64,000 nt of DNA, from the IMG/VR virus record IMGVR_UViG_3300009605_000021, positions 6,976-70,975 of that record. One strand, written 5' to 3'. Source of the stretch: a virus. The translations under genes and the position numbers were made by a program. Below, one piece after another: positions 47,301 through 56,200 of this stretch; the first letter of the stretch is position 1; each line of letters opens with the position of its first letter. The notes under the pieces are model-generated. The model was not told the origin of the DNA. It made no database searches and worked only from the letters and a program-made list of their open reading frames with translations.

Positions 47301-48259
47301 TCAATATAAAGTTTCATTTTTAATTGGCTATTGAGATTTCTAACTGAGAAAGCATAATGATGCCATTTATTGTCTGCTATTCTAGATGTGTCAATCGAAC
47401 CACTATCAAATGAAGCAGTTGCGATGCCTTGTGTTCCGGACATATAAGTTATAAGAAATGGCGAATGAGAAGTTTCCCGAGAACCATCTCCAAGCGTAGG
47501 ACCAGAATCCATTTCAACAGTAAACCTACCATATGACACACTTGATGACACTGAAGAATGAGACCATGCATCCAAAATGACTTCTCTTCGAGTATTAGAA
47601 GCGTCAAATGCTGCTTTCTTCATCCAAAACTCAACAGTGTTGCCGTCAGCGCCACCAATTTTTAAATTACATTCTCTGTTCTGATTGAGTTTGTAAATAT
47701 TTGCTTTGCCATCGTTGGATGGAAATATATCTTTTAATTTTGTGTTGTCAGGATCTTTATGTGGCCCACCTTTTATATAAATATATTCATAGGAAGACGT
47801 TGCCGGCGCGCCGTAGCCATAAATTACATCATCACTATCATCACTTGGTAAGCTGTAAAAACCATCACTATTTTCTACTTGTGTGCCCCATGCGCCATTA
47901 TCGCCACTATCTCCAAATATTGCATAACCTGTAGTTCTTGGATATTCATTATCGAAAATGTATTTATCGAAAAAAGAAGCGCTATTAAACCATTCTTGAA
48001 CTTCGTGTCTTGAGCCATCATAAGGAAAAGTGTTATAAATTTTTACAAACGACTGCTCATAATATTCTTCCGCTAATCCAAATTTTGCAAAATTTGCAGG
48101 ATCTTTGAAATCAAGTTGAGGAATATATCTTTCCTTATCTTTAATTTTTTGTTCTACATATCTTTCTGACTCAGCATCTCTCGAAATGTTTGAAATCGAA
48201 TCGCTGCTTAAAATTTGCGTTGGCTGTTGATATTTTCCAAAAAGATCTTTAATACTCAT
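38399..48259 (-). CDS. Giant baseplate wedge protein (gp7/P2 gpI-like motif, LamG domain)
   Basis: 3286 aa; LamG (TVEFW, WHHYAF, LDEFRYW); IYKSKGTEKAFRNLIRCFG resembles the gpI/gp7 KGT motif; lies downstream of gp25 and gp6. Confidence 0.62.
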   Translation of the reverse strand: MSIKDLFGKYQQPTQILSSDSISNISRDAESERYVEQKIKDKERYIPQLDFKDPANFAKFGLAEEYYEQSFVKIYNTFPYDGSRHEVQEWFNSASFFDKYIFDNEYPRTTGYAIFGDSGDNGAWGTQVENSDGFYSLPSDDSDDVIYGYGAPATSSYEYIYIKGGPHKDPDNTKLKDIFPSNDGKANIYKLNQNRECNLKIGGADGNTVEFWMKKAAFDASNTRREVILDAWSHSSVSSSVSYGRFTVEMDSGPTLGDGSRETSHSPFLITYMSGTQGIATASFDSGSIDTSRIADNKWHHYAFSVRNLNSQLKMKLYIDGEFKNEIVTGSSIGYVSSSLNATIGALITKPSASISPEGPFIAGDDTSLQPNVGWGKLSASLDEFRYWKVEKGAQQIGRNWYRNIYGGTNTDVANTHLGVYYKFNEGITGTSSIDNVVLDYSGRGSNGTWVGYSSNSRNTGSALIQSSASATEFKDPIIRVDHPDVQAKLSSLKQKGKEYDLNNNAAIYNSIPEWIRSEDQESGQNLVKLTQIISHYFDTLAMQIKALPGLKAPTYPSSSYKAIPFADKLLESHGLIVPELFTDSTVLQQFAQQDETRIFDKDLREVKNLIYKNIYNNLSYIYKSKGTEKAFRNLIRCFGIDDEIVKINIYGDNAMYEIKDNYRHTITKKNYADFSTHETNGAVVYQFVDNNNPNSVGFITSSINSFSGSFRTLEAEVIFPKQIHPKLTNYRYNLTASSLFGFHTAGTEDETTTWTTPDHDLRVLAIREHPNSNDAYFKLESDFLDSFEDGLSFLTSSLFYNVYDDEKWNFAVRIKRGIPRVGDRDLYPLSPGVSGSGLVDAENDNDLSGSIEFYGVNAVQDYIKNEFVVSSSISVQKYRDLIESTKRIYAGAHRENFTGNVIESSDVKVSSVRYWLNDISDSAIRAHAIDVENFGTDHPYRNAYLFQGPDKFNFYATGSRYVPNMETLALHWDFAGITGSDDSGEFIVTDMSSGSADSIRYGFVASGDSIDSPLGVPLSRTLKRQHSGLGKHFPANSSKVVDRIYLSNAKQQPPEIIASSNMVEGRTRDDRLLTRNSRPITHFIGIEKSPYQSVTEEMLKVFATLTDFNNLIGEPVNTYRPNYKQMEKLRQLFFEKVDNIPNVEKYIEYYKWIDNAVDAIIHQLMPASANTSENLSTIIESHVLERNKFRHKYPLLDPITSSLQIDGTLDKVEQENSCIRSPRDDVQLISRFAPGDAMDLYSYTPAHFKQRKFSTLLAAFENRAASPTSDHMNGYGDTSRSTEWWRTRAERDKTDEISSGDSTVDSQRETFRKVINKENKPSGQFELMANTDMGQISGFISFGLWQGSNSQPKSPYTRTVLKPFSPTTRLRVTASDSSAEVPYGFQVLSDIKDELIPGITSGKRLKLNFHVQNVEDETILSSHFIPFNIHTSSAGRKITNIHDDMSLGGEISMQGPFTERYVGGLQYRHIPLNISGTTSELDTDKTRPEGFKIHVTNTPFSYENGSEDEKKVFKNAGNGALINFTSPDINSDLQLDPELPRAMFFREEMAKRPVNIRNIKSSSYNGVGNYSKDYELILTCGRTTNNFYFVDTKGVMSASVVASDFPDLKEFALPERKPNEIVVVNRFSAPGGPEVMSRGFLDTNAEEYSVYNALPWRNLTVRRLYNTLLKNSATKGGVYDSTYVDPLGVYESSASYHKVDPNPLYKLEWSAGIGSPVITGSMKDNGFVVHAIPRSELQYAWITASAYQVSGGLTENEAIPFGWSKPNQKLGGASDDITFLVATDIIINGTPMPFGLNNIYVDDIDIDNNLISPSSDSGRGENSKFPVFSISQAETDPNTGQYPRPDIAMINHNRNGPYGWPTWKQIRTGDHMIARHQRKNNIYSFFKNDNKILKVTNGIPGYQDTKELVNYIIPVVTTKYKPLEKTFQVDDEEINVSYTHGNLKTSFLIGEGDLDKEQFNFQTCYDMDDTLTMAADKNVIKLKDITYREIVFPRAEYTTLAKSNRRLSYDEFRHTGSNGYDRLHGTHRTFWRARAQERLRTNQYATNSLGVGLSSYNHAADGGGITEQVGAGGSYFKGDWVHPLRPLALSVWPLDSFHGGFMSGGFEGHNEGVHKRNVGATGELYAHTDGALVSSSDAGSAGGSPSQCFFFYQHYGWFGSSDSQTWPSDYYILPTGEGKNKPDFTDGAAAGTVHLYHFKPQYSASAISGLAPWYDSYEDYARDVTCIGPDYSILPEFNVSDHMEYYLNSGFLSKNNKYLSLPGAATKTNKDTAIVDLEINVMNDYDFNVAHHISSSAGSEKSAVNDDFYKIYSHSDFLDSFELVRNRNPDNKVSQITLKCKGIKKLLPYQGFYPVLRCVQLGSIFSQSFGPYLTSSLNTNQRRGKQAQALIQPFFAPGIMYNTIKSGIAVDWPVITGSSKAGDLSSFGNLGYLATGSSLADKQYHNRRFPFEALVHPEKYIPVDKQLLRPGQSTVEEAASRINMVVSPSYRSGSQTDDTNVYELEANAPHYIWTGQHDNKYNLAMHNFLGEIPKFFLKGERLTTFASKRGPFTMTSGTTYYMDVVLEKTKDFIMYEGPHTYMQETNPKSGVIRYSSGSARGIHYGPACDTLGAKETVSSTGVVEVTDASSTAADQTIAMNSTSGTTYTLTFHASTTTSTDTTSPTAAYSSTNSTLAANIASALNATSAFTATASGQIVTIIALPGTNTNSISTSSGAAFTLTNFSGGAASLFAHTNNGNYNWLSNMQDPAFAPYTPPYFYGESVARISFSPHIHRELLSSEPTQQFYIDEILEGAKLETVYEPNRSASYGQAINLSKAKDNTGEPINEGDMAGYIRVPDEKSLAGVSKMKIDSSINLFGKARVKELEYKLDSAMEHTYVPVLAKDSTDDSFDIWTISTKFETPTLNFSSNAKSHFTRGMWFGYGTEPSHGNGIFLRLRESFPDKIGKTTSMEQFSANPFANNINLLNVTETSKTGSLLEVCGFVQAGTSTKRRIGEIAESKEISEAIIAIPFKAKTSSTKKRFFEIPKKYIDVARGHASKSVVDKLKKTGVIVSPAVFQMVENMQKYVIPPHHDFVTNKSVKPFAMYVFEFKHLLDREDLSNIWQNLMPKIARSSEVEEVSITHECGVPGGFFENDIPPDIKWMVYKVKKKAESNYFNVTSDSQDDNRFQFNFNIDSENPNPDYSYNWPYDFCSLVELAKLEVGINLSDKEVDLVHGPKPIVGTTSKDTGHTHAFTIDVNGNGVAHEACYPVDVAPGVCHEHKIISWEVQASGSELTPLHTHKVR

Positions 48260-48261
48260 TT

Positions 48262-51000
48262 TTATTCAACCCTAAATTTAAATATCTCAGGTTGTTCATG
48301 ATAAACATTATCTCTTTTGTAAACCAATTTGATACCATAAGAAAAACCTTGTTCTAGCATGGACACGTCAAAATCAAAATAATTTCCTTTTGAGTCGTAA
48401 GACAAAAGAGTATGATTCGTGCTTCCTGTTCCATAATCAACAATAGTCAAATCATCTTGAACTCTCACAATTTTGTAATATGCACTATCAATGACACTAC
48501 TGCTTATATCAGATACATATTTTGTGTAACTATTTGGACTCCAATTTTTGTCTCTCACATAAGTTCTAAAACGAGCTGTTTCATTTTGGAAATATTTTGA
48601 TTTTAAATTTGTAATTTTTGTAGCATAAGACATATTAGTGTTGTAATCGCCGGTGTCTAGACTTTTGACATTAATTGTTCCAGTGTGGAAACATGAATGA
48701 TCATTGTTGATATCGCGGCCACCAGAGAAATTGCCAACAGTAAAGCCAACATTACCAGCATCTTGAGAATTAGTTTGATTCCCTGCAGTGCCATCCACGT
48801 CTTGTGTAAGCGTGATTGTTTGATCGAGATTGTCAACAGCCGATATCGGTGCTGTAGTGTAATTATTAATTGAAGAAGCAACTCGCGCAGTAATGCCTAA
48901 CCTATTTGCTGATGTGTTGGAACCGCCGGCATAATCCTGAATTCCAATATTATTATTAGAAACAGTGTTGCTATCAGTTTTAAATGTGAAAGTGTGAGAA
49001 GTCCCGGTTGTATCTTTAAGAACAAATTGTACTTCGTGGTTAAAATCATTAGAAGCGCCATCCAAAGTCCATGTCGCAGTTGCATTTACTTGATCAAACC
49101 ATCTATCATAAACTATGCTTGAAGTAGTATCAAGTGCGATAGAAGCTGAATAAATTCCTGTTTTTCCCGGGACAAGACCACCTGTAACAAAATCATTAAT
49201 TGCTTGGCTTGTGTTTGTTCCGGTTTTCTGTTTCATGCCGGTTAGTGGCTCGTTCCCGCCGCTAAAAGATACAGCAGTTGCCCAATCGTCAGTCTCCGTT
49301 AAGACAACTGTTGTGTTTCCTTCCGACCCGCCGACAGATTGAGTAATGGTGACTTTAGAAACACCATCAGAAACTGCTGAAAATTTTGCATGACCATCAA
49401 TGCAAGCTGCAAGATTATTAGCAGTAGATGCCAAACTAGCTCCTTTTACCCAAGATACACCTAGCGCAGGCGAAGATGAAACAACAGTAAAGTGGCTGCT
49501 AGCTATATCATCTGTAGCTAACAATACAACTTTATCACCAGCAGCAATATCTAAACTAGTTATAGTAACACTCGCGGTGGCGCTTGTATCAGTCTTATCC
49601 AAATAAAGTCTTACATATAACTGCCCATCTCCAACAGATGGAATATTTTTATACTGGCCTCGAACCATATTATAGAGATAAATTGTATTCATGTTATCGG
49701 ATTCATTTGCTAAAGAGCTGCTGGCATAAAAATTTGCTCTATTGTCTTTAGTCGAAGAATCCCATCTAGCTTCAATCATTGGTCTCTTGAAAAAATATTC
49801 TGATGTTCTCGAGAAAAACTTTTTTGTATAATAAGATCTGTTGGCACCCGTAAGATTATGAAGTAGAACGCCATCAACAGGTGGTTGGGCAGTCCATGCG
49901 CCATCATTATACACCAACGCAGAACTCGAGTGATATGATTCATATTGTCCAGAAAGAAACACTCCAAGTCCGTAACTTGGCCTGTTATCCACAGAAGGAC
50001 TCGCATCACCACCAGCGATCCACTCCTCCACTAATTCTGTTATATTAGCTTCTAAATCTTCATCACCGTTAGAAAACGAAACAGAGTATGTAACACCTTC
50101 AGTATCGAACACACCTCCAACAATGTCTGTGCCACCAGAGAAATCGCCAGGTGTCGGATCTGTGCCGGTGTTGCCGTTTATGGTCATGTGCGCATCGAGG
50201 ACAGTCTTTGTTATGGTTGTGTTGCCGGCGCTGGCGTGGGCGGCTTGCGTCAACGTAACCACAGCGTTGACGCCGGAGACTGCCACGGCGGCCGTTATTT
50301 TTCCATTATGCCCTCCTGCAGCGTTAATCGCATCTGCTATCGCGGTTCCAACGCTTAGGGTGTTCAGATTCGGGGAAGAGAGTTGAACCCCAATCGTCGG
50401 TGCGTCGTCTCCGGAATCGTTCTCTACGGCGTTATCAAAGGTATATACTACAGAAGTTCCGTCGGTTGATTCTATAGTAATCGTCTTTTCGTCGAAATTG
50501 GCTGTAGCAATAGTCGACCCACCGCCCGTTGCAAGCACTGTGAATGTTGCCGTAGCCTGGTTATCAGCCCATCTAGTTGTACTCGTAGCATTTAACCAGT
50601 TTGCGCCAATTCCATCTTCAGTGTCATCTTGGTATTCTTCCATATCTAGGCCATAGCCTTCCTCCCACGATTGAGAAACAGGCGTGACTTGAAGAGTATA
50701 ACTTGACGGAGTTGTATATGCATGTTCAGCGTTGAACATTCGTAAATAAAAATCTACACTACCACTAACTGGAATTGTACCTGCAACTCTTGATGCTGAA
50801 ACTTCGCTTATAGGAAAATTAAGCAAAGTTCTAGAAAGTTCAGAAGTGGAACTAGAAGCTTGCGCATAAATTGAGAACACTTCGAGAACATCAGACGCAC
50901 CCATATTAGAACCGGTTGCTCTTTTGGTATCTATAAGGCTAGATTTATATGCATTTGTTATTGTCGTATCTGCACTAGCTGTAAATCTTGCAATTGCCAT
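48262..51000 (-). CDS. Baseplate-associated protein with a DNRLRE-like N-terminal domain and three plug-in modules
   Basis: ADTTI..N.G..LEV..SRTLLNF...SWEEG pattern; three ATA(T/S)...FSGG inserts. Confidence 0.6.
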   Translation of the reverse strand: MAIARFTASADTTITNAYKSSLIDTKRATGSNMGASDVLEVFSIYAQASSSTSELSRTLLNFPISEVSASRVAGTIPVSGSVDFYLRMFNAEHAYTTPSSYTLQVTPVSQSWEEGYGLDMEEYQDDTEDGIGANWLNATSTTRWADNQATATFTVLATGGGSTIATANFDEKTITIESTDGTSVVYTFDNAVENDSGDDAPTIGVQLSSPNLNTLSVGTAIADAINAAGGHNGKITAAVAVSGVNAVVTLTQAAHASAGNTTITKTVLDAHMTINGNTGTDPTPGDFSGGTDIVGGVFDTEGVTYSVSFSNGDEDLEANITELVEEWIAGGDASPSVDNRPSYGLGVFLSGQYESYHSSSALVYNDGAWTAQPPVDGVLLHNLTGANRSYYTKKFFSRTSEYFFKRPMIEARWDSSTKDNRANFYASSSLANESDNMNTIYLYNMVRGQYKNIPSVGDGQLYVRLYLDKTDTSATASVTITSLDIAAGDKVVLLATDDIASSHFTVVSSSPALGVSWVKGASLASTANNLAACIDGHAKFSAVSDGVSKVTITQSVGGSEGNTTVVLTETDDWATAVSFSGGNEPLTGMKQKTGTNTSQAINDFVTGGLVPGKTGIYSASIALDTTSSIVYDRWFDQVNATATWTLDGASNDFNHEVQFVLKDTTGTSHTFTFKTDSNTVSNNNIGIQDYAGGSNTSANRLGITARVASSINNYTTAPISAVDNLDQTITLTQDVDGTAGNQTNSQDAGNVGFTVGNFSGGRDINNDHSCFHTGTINVKSLDTGDYNTNMSYATKITNLKSKYFQNETARFRTYVRDKNWSPNSYTKYVSDISSSVIDSAYYKIVRVQDDLTIVDYGTGSTNHTLLSYDSKGNYFDFDVSMLEQGFSYGIKLVYKRDNVYHEQPEIFKFRVE

Positions 51001-52802
51001 TATTTAATAGTTCCTTTGATGTCGCTTGATGGGTATTTGAATTCTATAATATGATCATCGGGAACAACCAATATTCTGCCATCTGCTGAAATACTATCTT
51101 CTATGTTAAAACTTATACTTGAATAGGACCCACCAACTGGTGAATAGATATTTATATCTATAACATCAACAACACCCGGAACATTATTAATAAGCTTGAC
51201 AATATCACTTATTATTAATGGCTCACCAATATCAAAAGTTTTATTTGGCGCTGTAATATTACTGGATAGAATCTTTGTCACGTTAGACAACACATCGTAT
51301 TTATTGATTCTCATATCGCCAATAATAGTGAAATCAATTCCAAGATTTATAATATTTGCCGGCATTATATCAATAGTGTCATTAATCATCTTATATCTGC
51401 CAATCCATGTTTTTAAATTGTCCTCTAGTGTTTGCGTGTGATAAGCTAGTTTTTTGTTTGCGTCTTCGCTAACAATAAATATATTTATATTCCTTTTAAA
51501 AGAATCATTGTCTTGTATAATATTGCATCGCTTAATCGATCCGAACGCAGAACTCATTGAATAAATCACACTCTTGTAATCTTCTTTAGTAACAGCCCTA
51601 TTCTGCGCTGCATATGTTCCCTTAATTCTGCTTTTAATTTCATCCATGGTCGGGGCACTAACATCTCCTACAATTCTTTCTTCGTTTGTAACTTCTAAAC
51701 TATCAACAACTGCTTGAACTGTAACAGAATTTAGGCCGGCTCTATCTTTAAAATTAAAAACTGGAGTAATAACTGAATTAATCGTATGGGCGGACGCATT
51801 AGAATTGCTAACTGTGTTAGTTCTATAAGAGATTACCAATTTTGTATTTGATGGTGCTATGCCAAACTTATCAGTTGCGATTAAATTCGAAGGATCAAAG
51901 GACGTGTCAGTAACATATTCCTTTCCGTGAACCTTCAACAAGATCTTGCTTGGGTCAGCAACAGAATCATTAAATATTTCTGAGTCGGAACCATGACCAA
52001 ATTGTAAAAATGTACTATTTTGTTCTTGTTCTACAACAAACCTTCTTGCAACCGCATATGCTTTCATGATAGATGGCACTTGATGCTCATCAGATCTTCT
52101 GTTGCTTACAGAACGATAAATGATATTTTGAGTCAAATAATCAACTTCAAAGTATCGGTTACCTTCCGTATCGGTCACGGAAACTATTTCTGTAATATTT
52201 GGTGAAGCCAATTCAAGTCGCAAAAACTTTTGAAATCCACCTACTGTAATTGTTTCTTCTGATATTTCTCCTGAAATTACTTTACCCTTTGCTTTAACAG
52301 CAAAGGAAGTGGGCGCGCCTGTTTCTGGATCTACTTTTGCGACAACAATTTCATTTGTAACTTTAGAAAAATTTATGTCTTCATTTAAAGCAAATATGCC
52401 ACCGCCTATTGAAGAAAAAACAGAACCTTTTCTAAGAATAGGATAATAATCTACATCTGGACCGGTACCAGAAGACTGAGACGGGACTATAATATATAAA
52501 CTGATATCTCCATATGAAACTTGATTCTGTCTATATTTATAGCCATATTGCCTTCCTAGTCGTAAAACATTACTATACTCAGACGCTGTGTCTATGAAAC
52601 ATTCATTCGTTTGATAGTCTAAATAAAAAGATAAAACATCTCCAACGTAAGATACGGTGTCCAACATTAAGGCACCGAAAGATGCTTCATTGAAATCTTT
52701 AAATGTATCTGAATAATATCTTTGAGTGTACTCAATTAAATCGCTTTTAATTGAATCAAAATCACGACTTGTGTACTTTATTGGAAAAGTTTTTTTCGCC
52801 AT
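51000..52802 (-). CDS. Baseplate wedge protein, T4 gp6-like
   Basis: YTSRDFDSIKSDL, DVLSFYLDYQ, LQFGHG and AQNRAVTKEDY. Confidence 0.92.
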   Translation of the reverse strand: MAKKTFPIKYTSRDFDSIKSDLIEYTQRYYSDTFKDFNEASFGALMLDTVSYVGDVLSFYLDYQTNECFIDTASEYSNVLRLGRQYGYKYRQNQVSYGDISLYIIVPSQSSGTGPDVDYYPILRKGSVFSSIGGGIFALNEDINFSKVTNEIVVAKVDPETGAPTSFAVKAKGKVISGEISEETITVGGFQKFLRLELASPNITEIVSVTDTEGNRYFEVDYLTQNIIYRSVSNRRSDEHQVPSIMKAYAVARRFVVEQEQNSTFLQFGHGSDSEIFNDSVADPSKILLKVHGKEYVTDTSFDPSNLIATDKFGIAPSNTKLVISYRTNTVSNSNASAHTINSVITPVFNFKDRAGLNSVTVQAVVDSLEVTNEERIVGDVSAPTMDEIKSRIKGTYAAQNRAVTKEDYKSVIYSMSSAFGSIKRCNIIQDNDSFKRNINIFIVSEDANKKLAYHTQTLEDNLKTWIGRYKMINDTIDIMPANIINLGIDFTIIGDMRINKYDVLSNVTKILSSNITAPNKTFDIGEPLIISDIVKLINNVPGVVDVIDINIYSPVGGSYSSISFNIEDSISADGRILVVPDDHIIEFKYPSSDIKGTIK

Positions 52803-52833
52803 TTACTAAAAGTCCTTTCCTTAAATAGTCATA

Positions 52834-53220
52834 TTAAAGACTTATATCGAGAAAATCATTAGCACCCAATGCTGGTATTGAATAATTTATTAATATTTCA
52901 AGACTATTTGGATCCGCCGTAAGATCTTCGTGATCCGATTGAAAAATAATTTGATTTATTATTAAAAATGGCATATATAAATTAACTTGTTTGCTTATTC
53001 GCAAACTTATTCTGGACTTTAATTCACCAGAGTTTTGTTCAAATAAAAACATTGGAAGGCCGACGCCAAATTTAGCATCCATTACTCTTTCGCCAGGAAT
53101 TGTTAATAACAAATTTTTAAAATTTTGTTTTATCGACTCTCTAAGAGTTTCGTTTAGTTGATAAGCCCCAACTCTAGAATCCGTTTGTAACGGTAATTTC
53201 GGTGATATTCCTAGTGACAT
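52834..53220 (-). CDS. Baseplate wedge protein, gp25/GPW family
   Basis: IKQNFKNLLLTIPGERVMDAKFGVGL..FLFE. Confidence 0.93.
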   Translation of the reverse strand: MSLGISPKLPLQTDSRVGAYQLNETLRESIKQNFKNLLLTIPGERVMDAKFGVGLPMFLFEQNSGELKSRISLRISKQVNLYMPFLIINQIIFQSDHEDLTADPNSLEILINYSIPALGANDFLDISL

Positions 53221-53250
53221 TGTTTAAAATTCTCCTCAAATATAAATATA

Positions 53251-56200
53251 TTATTCTTCTAAATTTTCATCTTCTGGAAGAGGTAAATTTGAAATAAAGT
53301 TTTTAGTATTTTGAAACATGGTGCCAATACTCTCTACAATCCCGCTATCTGTAAAGGTCTTTATAGAATATGCTGTTATTAATGCCAAAACTCTTTTAAT
53401 TGGGAAAAGATAATCAAATAATAATTTAAATTCATCTTTTTTCTTCATTTCATTAAAAAGATGCTCACTATTTGTGTTAGAAGTATAATCGTTTTGTGTG
53501 TGCCAGTTTTTAGTCAACACATAATTGACTGTTTTCTTTGTTGCATCAAAATTTTCTTCCAATAAAGGAAACAAAAATATGCCCTGACTATATGCTCCTG
53601 GGGGATATCCCATAGTTTCGTACGAATCCCAACCCGGGTCTGGCGCGGATTTCCACCATTCTTCGTATGGAAGAGTAAGTTCTCTCAAATAATATGATTT
53701 TACTCTTTTGATATTTAAAAGTTCAAATTTTGAAGCCATGCCGCCTCCGTCTGTGTCCGGAGTGAGCTGCGGTATATATGGTTCACCTGACGCAAGGAAT
53801 TGAGTAGGGAACCATGTTTCTATTCCTGCATAAAAACTAAATTCGTCATTGTCATACGCGGTGGAATTGAGAAAATATCCATAGCCCGGGAGATCTTTAT
53901 TTCGTGAAAGTGGGCTCTCAGCGGCATATGGCAGGGGCGAGACGTCACCAGTATCCTCTGGCAAGAGATATGATAATCTAACCCCGTAAGAAAACTCCTT
54001 AGCAAAGGCTTCTAGCTTTATATCACTAAACCCCTCATTGCCGCTGGCGTAACTAATTTTTGTTTCTATATAATCAGTTATTGGACTTCCTTTTGTAAAT
54101 ATTGCCATTGGACTCGCAGGGATACCAGTTTCATCGATGGTGGCTAAATAGTTGCCGTTGAACCAACCAGATTTATAAAGCTGCATAGCATTAAAAAGAT
54201 CTCTTTGATAAGACGAAGTCCAAGCTCGGAAAACGGCGCCGCCTCCGGTATTGTCGGCCGGCGGAGGGTCAATGGTAGTTATAAAATCTGTCCCATTTGT
54301 AGATAGCCATGCATAAAGATTTCCATCGGCAAAATTAGGATAGTGTGCTTTGTGCCAGATGTGATCCTCCCACACCATTTTGCTAGTGGATTTTTGATAA
54401 CTAATTTTATTACCAATCCACCCCCCGAAGCCCTTTTCGGGCTTTGCATGCATGCCCACTGTAAATCCGTCCTGCGCAGCAATAAGTGAATATTTTTTGC
54501 CGGAATCGAAACCGAAAAGCAAGCCAAACAACATATATCTTTCAAACTCTTCTTGAGTCTGAAACCCTTTGACGTCAGTGGAGTCTGATTTCATCGCTTC
54601 TGCGGCATCTTGCCCCCATATAAAGGACACAAGAGGTGGTTGGAGAAGTTCTCCGGCCATGGAGGATAGGTATTTGCCTTCTATCATTGCCCATGGATCC
54701 GTAAAAAACAACCCATTTCCATCTTCTTTAGATTTCATGAACGTTCCGTTACTAGGGAAAGTGGCCATCGACGCGCCCTGCGTGGGGTTATCCGGGATCT
54801 CGTGCCCATCGACGTCCGGAGCGACTTTCCATGTGGGTGCATCGTTGAACGTGCCATCAGAATTTTCAATATCTTCTCCGGTCCAAGAGCGCCTCACATC
54901 AAATTCATCAGGAAACATGGCCACTGCTAGACCATCTTCGCCGCCGAAATTATCGCCTGTCGTCTCCGGGGCTTTTTCACCATCATGAAAAAAAGATTGG
55001 ATTATACCGGTGGTCTCTTGGCCTTTAAAAATATTATTAAGAACAATACGACCGGTGACAGTAGCTGCCATTGCATGCGGATCTTTAAATTTAAAACCTG
55101 TGAAATCTCCAAAATATCCTGCCGTATAATATCTAAAAGCGATATTTGTTAAAAGTTTTCGGTGATTATCATCAATAAAATCAAAAATACCCGGTATTGT
55201 AAGAGGAAGTAATGCTGCGCCAGTTAAAACTCGAGCTTCAGTAATCCCGTCATCCTGAAGACCTATGCCAAGAAAATTTTGTCGCCAATACTCACTCCAA
55301 AGTAATGATTCTCTCTTGGCAACTAATTGGGCGTTAGCCCAAACTTTCGAACCATTTAAATGATCAAGATATCTATAAGCAAGTGGTCTTGTAAGATGAA
55401 GCTTGTCGTAGTCTACATAACAACCATGGTCTAAAGGAAGTTGGTTCAAGCCTGCATAATACCTGCCTGATATAAATTCATTATGTACAGTACTCGGTGT
55501 TGAGGTTACCTCCTTTTCGACGTCATAACCATAAAAACCATCATACAAGTATACATTCTTTTTAGACAAGTCTGAATAAGGCAAGGGGGCGCCCGGGGGC
55601 ATGTTGGTTGTTGCCTTTGTTGCTAGCGGCGTGTCGGGGCCGTCACAGGGGGAAAGAGGTCCAGTGTAACCAAAACAATCGCTAATCATGTTGTACAACT
55701 GTTCACCTGCTAGGTAAAGCGACACGAGCAGAGCGCTTGCGAAGACGGCGGCGCCGGTGAGCTTCCAGCCGCCCAGGGCGATCAGCAAGGCTGTGAGCCC
55801 GCCGGATTGGGAGCCGATCCAGGCCCAGGTCCTCCACTCATCCCACACCGATGAGTCGGAGCCAGTCACCTTCCATGGAGTGAGTTCCCTAAGGAAATAT
55901 GTATCCAACCATTGAAGTCGTCCGAAGCGGCCCAGTTGTCCGAGTGGGGGGAGGAATTCGTCTTTAACGCCCTCCTGCTCATTAGCAAAATCACTAGGAT
56001 GCTCATTTATTTCTGTGGGATGTGGCACAAGCGTGCACAACTCTTCCATGAACGCTAGCTCTTCTTGTATGGTGGCTGCAACAGCGCTGTCGTAGTTGTC
56101 GTACATAACGCTAGGATCGTACATACCATATTCATCCGTAGGTCCGAAATCAAAATTCTTTTTAGCATCTTCAATTCGTTTATCAAACTCTTCTTTTTGG

